The position numbers and the translations under genes are program-made. DNA of 64,000 nt, from IMG/VR virus record IMGVR_UViG_2775506876_000001, positions 12,549 to 76,548 of that record. One strand, written 5' to 3'. The notes beneath the pieces were generated by a model. That model saw only the letters and a list, made by a program, of their open reading frames with translations. It did no database searches and was not told where the DNA came from. This stretch comes from a virus. Taxonomy: Duplodnaviria; Caudoviricetes. This document shows positions 57,634 to 64,000 of the stretch, piece by piece. Positions within the stretch are counted from its first letter, which is position 1; each line of letters starts with the position of its first letter.

Positions 57634-59682
57634 ATGACTATATCCCTGGATAAACCAAAACAATTTAGCGCTAGAAAGGTTGTAGAAATTATCGGTAATC
57701 GTATTCATATAGATGAGTCTAGATTAGATTTGTTTCATTATCCTGAATACGATTTACCAGAATGGAAACCAACGATAAATTTAAAACCTTACGCAGAATT
57801 AAGTCAATTTTATGTTGATATTGAAACCTCTGGATTGAACCCTGATGTTGATAAGGTTGAATTAATTGGACTTTATAACGAAAAAAATGTAGCGGTTATT
57901 ATCAATTGTTTGGCTAAACCTATTAACAAACAATTGTTGATAGATAAATTGAATCAAGCTGACACAGAAAATGTTAAATATTCTGGTAATAATTTAGTTG
58001 TCATTAATTCAGGTTCAGAAAAACTAGGGCTACAAAAATTTGTTGAAATATTAACTAAAAAGAATCCCGATTTATTTGTAACTTTTAATGGTTTTAAATT
58101 TGATTTACCGTTCATTATTAAACGTTGTCTAGTTAATAATGTTAAACATTATTTTTATGTAAATGACAAGCGTGAAACTTGTCATAAAACGGCTCAAAAA
58201 TGGGGTAAACCACAAACTTATAATGGTATCTGGTTAACTACATATCCTAAAGACAAATGTGCCATTATAGACCTCTATAATCAGGTTCTAGCATGGGATT
58301 TTGTAGCTAGGAAGTTAACTAGTCATAGCCTAAAACAATCAGTGTTACAGACTGGCTTAAGGTCAGAAGCTAGACTCGAACTGAGTTATGAAGAAATGAG
58401 GGTTGTTGTTAATCAGGGAAAAATAGAGGAGTTTGCGCAATACCTTGTTTATGATTTAGAAGATACTAAATTATTAGGTGATTTTTTAATTCCGGCAATT
58501 TACTATCAGAAATTATTTTTACCTGATTGGAAATTGCAAAGCATAAGCCATTCTGGTAACGGTTCAAAACACAATGATATTCTGAAAAAACATTACTCTA
58601 TTAAAGGTCAAAGTTTACCAGGGACAGACCAAAAATTACTTTTTGAAGGTGGTTTAACTGGTGCTAATGCTGGATATTACAAGTATGTTTCAAAGATTGA
58701 CGTAGCATCACTTTATCCCAGTATCATGCTAACTTATTGTATTTGTAGTATTAAAGATGTTGATAAGTTTCAGCTTATATTATTGAAATATTTATTAAAC
58801 TTTAGGCTTGAATTAAAGGCTAAAAAGAAAGCTAAAACAGCCACTAATGAAGAAATACAAACCGAAGGATCATTCAAAATAATGATCAATTCTATGTATG
58901 GTTCTCTTGGTACAACAGGAATTGAATTTAATGATTATGTAGCAGCAGCTTTAGTCACAGCTTATGGCAGAGCTATTCTAAAACTGATGGTTAAATTAAT
59001 ACAAGAAAATGGTGGAACCGTTGCGAGCATTGATACTGACGGTGTTTATTATAGTACTAATGATTCTACGTATGAATTGAATAAACAGATTCATAAAATT
59101 GTACAGTCACAGATGCCCAAGGGTATCAATTTAGATTATGAACTAGAGGCACAAGCATTTTTTGTACCACCAAATGATATTTACAACGGTATTAAAAGTT
59201 CTGTTGTTACAGGAACCGATGAAGATGAAGACGGTATCCGAAACGATGGACTAAAGAAAAACTATATCATCGTTGATTTAAAAGGAAAGCTTAAATCTAA
59301 AGGTAAATATGTTAAGCGCGATCGCTGCAAACTAGAGAAAGAGTTTCAGCCTACCCTGGTGCTTAAGCTATTAGAAAGTGTTGAGGCTGCAACAAACTAT
59401 TATCAAGACATAATTAATCAGATGAAACTTGGTATTTATCCGGTTGAAAACTTAAAAATTACCCGAACTATTAGAAAGGGTGAAATCAAAATGTTATCTC
59501 TAGGTTCTGAAGGTGAACAAGTCAGTTACTATTTTGCAGAACCGCAAATAGTTATCGGTAAACGTGGTAAACCTTTAAAAAACAAACAAGAGATCCGTAT
59601 TACTGAAGGTGTACCAGGTTGGAACTTTTACCAAGACTTGGTAACTAAGATGTTCGATGAAGTTATGCAATTTGTAAAGTAA
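57634..59682 (+). CDS. polB: Family B DNA polymerase with 3'-5' exonuclease
   Basis: 'DIETSG', 'FNGFKFDLPF', 'YDLED', 'DVASLYPSIM', 'KIMINSMYG', 'DTDG'. Confidence 0.95.
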   Translation: MTISLDKPKQFSARKVVEIIGNRIHIDESRLDLFHYPEYDLPEWKPTINLKPYAELSQFYVDIETSGLNPDVDKVELIGLYNEKNVAVIINCLAKPINKQLLIDKLNQADTENVKYSGNNLVVINSGSEKLGLQKFVEILTKKNPDLFVTFNGFKFDLPFIIKRCLVNNVKHYFYVNDKRETCHKTAQKWGKPQTYNGIWLTTYPKDKCAIIDLYNQVLAWDFVARKLTSHSLKQSVLQTGLRSEARLELSYEEMRVVVNQGKIEEFAQYLVYDLEDTKLLGDFLIPAIYYQKLFLPDWKLQSISHSGNGSKHNDILKKHYSIKGQSLPGTDQKLLFEGGLTGANAGYYKYVSKIDVASLYPSIMLTYCICSIKDVDKFQLILLKYLLNFRLELKAKKKAKTATNEEIQTEGSFKIMINSMYGSLGTTGIEFNDYVAAALVTAYGRAILKLMVKLIQENGGTVASIDTDGVYYSTNDSTYELNKQIHKIVQSQMPKGINLDYELEAQAFFVPPNDIYNGIKSSVVTGTDEDEDGIRNDGLKKNYIIVDLKGKLKSKGKYVKRDRCKLEKEFQPTLVLKLLESVEAATNYYQDIINQMKLGIYPVENLKITRTIRKGEIKMLSLGSEGEQVSYYFAEPQIVIGKRGKPLKNKQEIRITEGVPGWNFYQDLVTKMFDEVMQFVK

Positions 59683-59695
59683 AAGGTTAAAAAAT

Positions 59696-60076
59696 ATGGA
59701 ATTAACATTTAAAATCCCTGGTTCAATCCCTGGTAAAGCCAGACCAAGAGTAACTCGTAACGGTACTTATATGCCTCCAAAATATGTTGAATTTAAGGTA
59801 AGTTCAAGAAAATTTTTACCTAAAGTTTCACAACCGTTAACACCACCTATATCAATTAAAATAGCTTTGATAGGTAGTCATAAATCAGATTTAGATAACA
59901 TAGCGGGAACTATCCTAGATATTTTAGTTGACCAAGGAATACTTGATAATGATTCTAGTAAACAAGTGCCTGATATTCACATTACTAGGTTTGAAAGTTC
60001 TAAAGAAAAATTTGCTCAAGTAACATTAAGTGAAATTTCTAAATTCACTTATAAAGATTATTTAAAAGCTGTTTAA
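59696..60076 (+). CDS. rusA: RusA-family Holliday junction resolvase
   Basis: 'PGKARPR', 'DLDNI....LD.L.....DND..V'. Confidence 0.85.
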   Translation: MELTFKIPGSIPGKARPRVTRNGTYMPPKYVEFKVSSRKFLPKVSQPLTPPISIKIALIGSHKSDLDNIAGTILDILVDQGILDNDSSKQVPDIHITRFESSKEKFAQVTLSEISKFTYKDYLKAV

Positions 60077-60166
60077 ATTAAAAAGTCACTTTTTGACCAT
60101 GCCAATTTATGACAACACTTGCCAAGCTTTGCTATAATATGTCAAGTGTTGTCAATTTTATTATGT

Positions 60167-60376
60167 ATGCCTAAAACCAAAATGCTACAGTGCATCTATG
60201 ATAAATCTATTAAGGATATTGCAACTATCCAGGGTAAAGGATTTAGCGATCGCACTTTAAGACGCTTGATAGCTAACAACGAGTTAAGGCAAGGCTATCA
60301 CTATATTAGAACGGGAACGGGTATCTTAAAATTTAACCTTGACCGATTTAACGAATACTTATCAGGAATTCAGTAA
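60167..60376 (+). CDS. Excisionase-like HTH protein
   Basis: 'SDRTLRRLI....QGYHY......FNLD'; near integrase. Confidence 0.6.
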   Translation: MPKTKMLQCIYDKSIKDIATIQGKGFSDRTLRRLIANNELRQGYHYIRTGTGILKFNLDRFNEYLSGIQ

Positions 60377-60646
60377 CATGTTTGATTTTAATAAGGGTTT
60401 TACGTATCCGGTAGACAGATGTTATTATTTCATAATCAATGAAGATGAAGAAAAACCGGGAAATTATATTTGCCAAACATCTGTAAAGTTTTACAACCCT
60501 AAAGTTTTAGGAATGTATGAACAAAAATCTTTTAAACGTTCATTTTATTGGAAAGAAATACAAACTTATCAAAATTTGTAGATTCAAACCAATTTCAACA
60601 AAATGTTTGATTTAACGAATACTTATCAGGAATTTAGTAACATGTT
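60345..60646 (+). repeat. 38-bp direct repeat flanking ORF 60378..60581
   Basis: GATTTAACGAATACTTATCAGGAATT(C/T)AGTAACATGTTT at 60345 and 60609. Confidence 0.9.
60378..60581 (+). CDS. Hypothetical protein
   Basis: ATG right after the upstream stop, with AGGA RBS. Confidence 0.5.
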   Translation: MFDFNKGFTYPVDRCYYFIINEDEEKPGNYICQTSVKFYNPKVLGMYEQKSFKRSFYWKEIQTYQNL

Positions 60647-60911
60647 TTCAAGAATGATAAAAACTAAACTTTTTCATTTTGGCAACGGAACCGTTTTAGA
60701 TGTCTCTAAAATAGTTTATGTAACTGGTGTGTGTTCAAATGAATTTTTTTCTTTAAAAAGTGGTGAAGTTTCAACTAGTTATGATTTTACCGTAAGTTTA
60801 ATAAACGGTAAGGAAATTAAATATTCAAACGAAAATTTTGAACACGTTGAAAATTTAAAAATACAATTATTACATGCTTGGTCAAAGTATTCAGAAAGAT
60901 TTTCTGAGTAA
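60603..60911 (+). CDS. Hypothetical protein
   Basis: ORF followed by bidirectional terminator 60934-60972. Confidence 0.5.
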   Translation: MFDLTNTYQEFSNMFSRMIKTKLFHFGNGTVLDVSKIVYVTGVCSNEFFSLKSGEVSTSYDFTVSLINGKEIKYSNENFEHVENLKIQLLHAWSKYSERFSE

Positions 60912-60985
60912 TTACTAATGTTTTGGAAAATAATAAACCCTGGTCAGTTTTGATATTGACCAGGGTTTATTTTATTGGCTATCTA

Positions 60986-61240
60986 TTACAAGTCTAGTAA
61001 CTTTCTAAATTGTCGCTTCATGTTTTCTGTACCTACTTTTAAACCATTGTGATATTCGTTATACATGGCGTTTACAATCTGTTTAATCAAGCTTAAATCA
61101 GTTGTTTGAAAAATGATACAAGTATCGTAATCTTCATCATATATTTCGCAGTAATCATCGTGAATTAAAATGTGATGGTCATCAATAAACAATTCTTGTT
61201 TTTGTGAATTAAATTTCATTTTACTGTTACCAATACCCAT
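60986..61240 (-). CDS. Hypothetical protein
   Basis: AAGGA RBS; 84 aa. Confidence 0.5.
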   Translation of the reverse strand: MGIGNSKMKFNSQKQELFIDDHHILIHDDYCEIYDEDYDTCIIFQTTDLSLIKQIVNAMYNEYHNGLKVGTENMKRQFRKLLDL

Positions 61241-61285
61241 GATTCTTTTCCTTTTGTGTTAGCGAGTGAATTGATTTTTTAACGT

Positions 61286-61441
61286 TTAGTAACCGTTGTT
61301 ATCTAGCCAATTGACAATGATAAACTTGAGCAACTCAGAACGATTTTTAGAGTTTGTTGACTTTACTGTGTTGTCTATTCTAGAGAGAATTTCTTCAGGG
61401 ATATAAAAGCCGATGTTTTTTCCTAAAGGTTTACCACCCAT
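61286..61441 (-). CDS. Ribbon-helix-helix (CopG-like) protein (51 aa, not in ORF track)
   Basis: MGGKPLGKNIGFYIPEEILSRIDNTVKSTNSKNRSELLKFIIVNWLDNNGY. Confidence 0.7.
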   Translation of the reverse strand: MGGKPLGKNIGFYIPEEILSRIDNTVKSTNSKNRSELLKFIIVNWLDNNGY

Positions 61442-61451
61442 TATTTTTTAC

Positions 61452-62222
61452 TCACTTTTTATTTACTTGTTGTTTAGCTTTTTTGATGTTTGCAGCCGTA
61501 ACTGCTTCAATAGGTTTGATGTTATCTTCATCAATGAACTCAGCAACTCTAGCTTCAGCGCGTTCTAAAGTTCTCAGACTATTAGCATCGATATGATCAC
61601 GGCTTTCATTTCTAGAACATCCTAAGAACTGTTCTAAATTCTTAGCGTCAACATTCCATAATGCTTGGTAAATTGCGTTAGTTGTCACAGCATACATTGC
61701 ATGAATAGGTCTAGATGTTGCACCAGGGTTACGCTGATACCAATCTCTGATCGCGTCTGTTAAAGGTAATCTACCGTTATCAATTCCTGAACGTCTGACT
61801 TTATCCCAGATTAAAAGTAATTGTTTTTGAGCTTCTTCCGCTTCATTTGTTAGAGCTTGAAAATTACCATTAATTACGTGCCATAGAGTTTTATTAGCCC
61901 AAAATTTGAAATCAACAGATGACCAAGCTGCTAAATCTAAAGCTATTAAATGGTGTATCCAAGTTCCTCTTAGATTAATATCTCCGTGTAGTATCTGTAT
62001 AATTAAGTCCGTCCCTGAGAAGGACTCACTTAGTTTAACTAAGTATTCCTGTGTTTTACTATACTCTAAATACTTAGCCCATCTTTTTCCACTCGCTTTA
62101 CACATTTCTGTGGCGTTAACATATCCTTTAGGAATTAACACACCACTAATTAATGTTTCTTCAGATGTTTGGCTAATCACTTGATTAGCGTATTGATGAG
62201 ATGCTAAATTAATCTCAGCCAT
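61452..62222 (-). CDS. KilA-N domain DNA-binding protein (antirepressor-like)
   Basis: 'GYVNATEMCKASGK', 'RGTWIHHLIALDLAAW'. Confidence 0.9.
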   Translation of the reverse strand: MAEINLASHQYANQVISQTSEETLISGVLIPKGYVNATEMCKASGKRWAKYLEYSKTQEYLVKLSESFSGTDLIIQILHGDINLRGTWIHHLIALDLAAWSSVDFKFWANKTLWHVINGNFQALTNEAEEAQKQLLLIWDKVRRSGIDNGRLPLTDAIRDWYQRNPGATSRPIHAMYAVTTNAIYQALWNVDAKNLEQFLGCSRNESRDHIDANSLRTLERAEARVAEFIDEDNIKPIEAVTAANIKKAKQQVNKK

Positions 62223-62328
62223 TACTTATCACTGTAAGTTATTGGTTAGTGGCAGGTTTGAATTAACGGTTCTTGCCTGCCATGTCTTTATACTACATCA
62301 GCTTTGAAAGCAAGTCAATGAGTATTTA

Positions 62329-62661
62329 TTACTTATTGAAATAACTTTTAGCAAATTCACCAGAAATTTTTACACAAAAAGCATTCTCATTTGTAAATGC
62401 TTTTTGTTCTTTTGTTGGAAAATATTTAACTAAATTTTCAGACACTTTAAGAATTATTTGGCTAGTGTTTGTTGCAAAATATTCTCCAACTTTTATATTT
62501 TGAAAAGTTGTTTTTTCGTTTTTAGAAACTAAATCATTTAATTCTTTAAAAAACAAAGCTTGTTTTTCTGACTCTGCAAAAATACTGAAATGTTTCAAAG
62601 GGTAGGAATCCTGTGTAATTACTGTAACGTTTTTTTCGTTGTCAACTTGGTAATAATTCAT
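62329..62661 (-). CDS. Hypothetical protein
   Basis: 110-aa ORF between two copies of a promoter repeat. Confidence 0.55.
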   Translation of the reverse strand: MNYYQVDNEKNVTVITQDSYPLKHFSIFAESEKQALFFKELNDLVSKNEKTTFQNIKVGEYFATNTSQIILKVSENLVKYFPTKEQKAFTNENAFCVKISGEFAKSYFNK

Positions 62662-62806
62662 GTTTTCTCTCGGTTGGTTGTGTTTGTTTCTATGTCTCTA
62701 TATTAGACAAGCTTTCAAAGCAAGTCAATAAGTATTTATTACTAATTTAAATAAAACAATAATTCTATAATTCGATGATATCGAACAATCAAATTACAAC
62801 CGATAT

Positions 62807-64000
62807 CTATAATTCAGGAACCTTAAGATCCTTGTTAAACCCTGCATAGTGCTTGTAAATTATCTCTGGGCTATTGCCTACCCAGTTTGCAACGTCTTTG
62901 GCATCTATACCAGAGTCTAGACATAGCGTGATAAATGTGTGTCGAGTCTGGTATGGATTCTTGTAACTTGATAGCTTACCCTGGTCAATCAAGTCTTTAA
63001 TTATCCCGTTTTTCCATACATTGTATTGCCAGTACTTGAAATCTATCAGTTGCTTGTTGTACTTGTTAGTAAAAATAAATTGTTCAGGCTTATGGCTAGA
63101 CAATTTAAAATCTAGAATGATCTGGTGTAACTGGTCATTAATTGGAAATTTTCTTTTACGCTGAGTCTTTAAACTGTTCTGAATATGCTTTTGACTTTGA
63201 ACTAAAATCTGTTCAAAAATTATAAATTTTTCATTCAGATTTATATGTTTCCATTGCAAGGCTAGTGCTTCACTCGGTCTAGCACCAGTAAAAAATAAAA
63301 ACTGGACAAGGAACGAATAGCAACCATATTTTTTACTGTGTTCAAAAGCATCAATAATTAAGTCTCGCTCAGTTCTCGTAAACGGATTTATGTCTAGTTC
63401 TTGCTTTTTGGGTTTTGGTAACGCTTTAATCACATCAATGAACGGATTGCTTTCTATAATTTTTTCATTGACTGCCCAGCTACAACAGCGTGAAATTTCT
63501 GATAAATATTTACGGACAGAGTAAAGCGTTTTAGTTTCAAGTAAAATATTTTTGATTTTTAGAGCGTCTGTGACCAGGGTGAACTGTTGTGATTGTATCC
63601 AATTGTTAACCTGTTCTAGCCTAGATTTAATTGTATTCAGGCTGTAAACGTTTCTCTTTACATCAATATATCTAGGGAACAGAATTTTCAAGTCACTAGA
63701 GTTAATGACACGAGTCTCGTTAACTATCCAATCATCCCAGTTAAATTTACCAGCTTCTAGCTGACCATTAACTATCTTGATTTTTTGCAAAACATACTTT
63801 AACCCGTTTTCAGTTAAAGTACCGTGTTTACCCATGCTTATGAATTGCTGGTAAGGTTTTGCAGAGTCTTTTTTCAACCAGGGTTTAACGGGTAGTGTGC
63901 CACGTAACCATAATTTATTATTCTTAATGACAATTGATACATAACTTTTGGTTATCTTTAATTTCTCGTTTTCTTGTGCAACCCTGGACTGAATATCCAT
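62807..64000 (-). CDS. int: Tyrosine recombinase / integrase, cyanobacterial type
   Basis: 'TGARPSEALAL', 'PYQTRHTF', 'GNS...HY'; N-terminal 'LWLRGTLPVKP...PYQQFI'. Confidence 0.93.
   Translation of the reverse strand: MDIQSRVAQENEKLKITKSYVSIVIKNNKLWLRGTLPVKPWLKKDSAKPYQQFISMGKHGTLTENGLKYVLQKIKIVNGQLEAGKFNWDDWIVNETRVINSSDLKILFPRYIDVKRNVYSLNTIKSRLEQVNNWIQSQQFTLVTDALKIKNILLETKTLYSVRKYLSEISRCCSWAVNEKIIESNPFIDVIKALPKPKKQELDINPFTRTERDLIIDAFEHSKKYGCYSFLVQFLFFTGARPSEALALQWKHINLNEKFIIFEQILVQSQKHIQNSLKTQRKRKFPINDQLHQIILDFKLSSHKPEQFIFTNKYNKQLIDFKYWQYNVWKNGIIKDLIDQGKLSSYKNPYQTRHTFITLCLDSGIDAKDVANWVGNSPEIIYKHYAGFNKDLKVPEL

Larger units (their letters stand above)
1..64000. mobile_element. Temperate cyanophage / prophage genome segment (siphovirus-like)
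   Basis: Terminase, portal, capsid, tail, PolB, primase, helicase and integrase genes; no host housekeeping genes; HIP1 octamers present. Confidence 0.93.

Noticed and set aside
62745-62806. attP next to the integrase
   Set aside because: No tRNA-like core or second copy visible; cannot be supported
1-64000. tRNA or rRNA genes
   Set aside because: No cloverleaf or T-loop signature noticed by eye; tRNAscan-SE would be decisive

Overview
AT-rich (about 30% GC by eye) segment of a temperate, siphovirus-like cyanophage or prophage. A cyanobacterial host is indicated by HIP1 GCGATCGC sites, a cyanobacterial-type tyrosine integrase, a PEP-CTERM protein and a DUF2227-like protein. The window holds head, packaging and tail genes scattered on both strands, with no tape measure or endolysin visible. 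It also holds a nucleotide-metabolism block (dcd, two different thyX genes, one frameshifted), a replication block (Prim-Pol/DUF3987, intein-split SF2 helicase, PolB, RusA), a ParB-like protein, a membrane P-loop ATPase cluster, an integrase and a cas-less CRISPR mini-array (5 repeats, 4 spacers). The most unusual signals are non-coding. (i) Two near-identical ~1 kb nested-palindromic, iteron-rich elements lie in inverted orientation about 32.6 kb apart, one with the CRISPR array in its outer arm. (ii) The hexamer CCAGGG/CCCTGG occurs about 110 times against about 3-4 expected. (iii) A 15-bp palindrome AAAAAGT(G/C)ACTTTTT occurs about 27 times, almost always intergenic and usually beside a second palindrome TGTCnGACA. 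All counts are hand counts. Functional calls come from motif recognition, not database searches.
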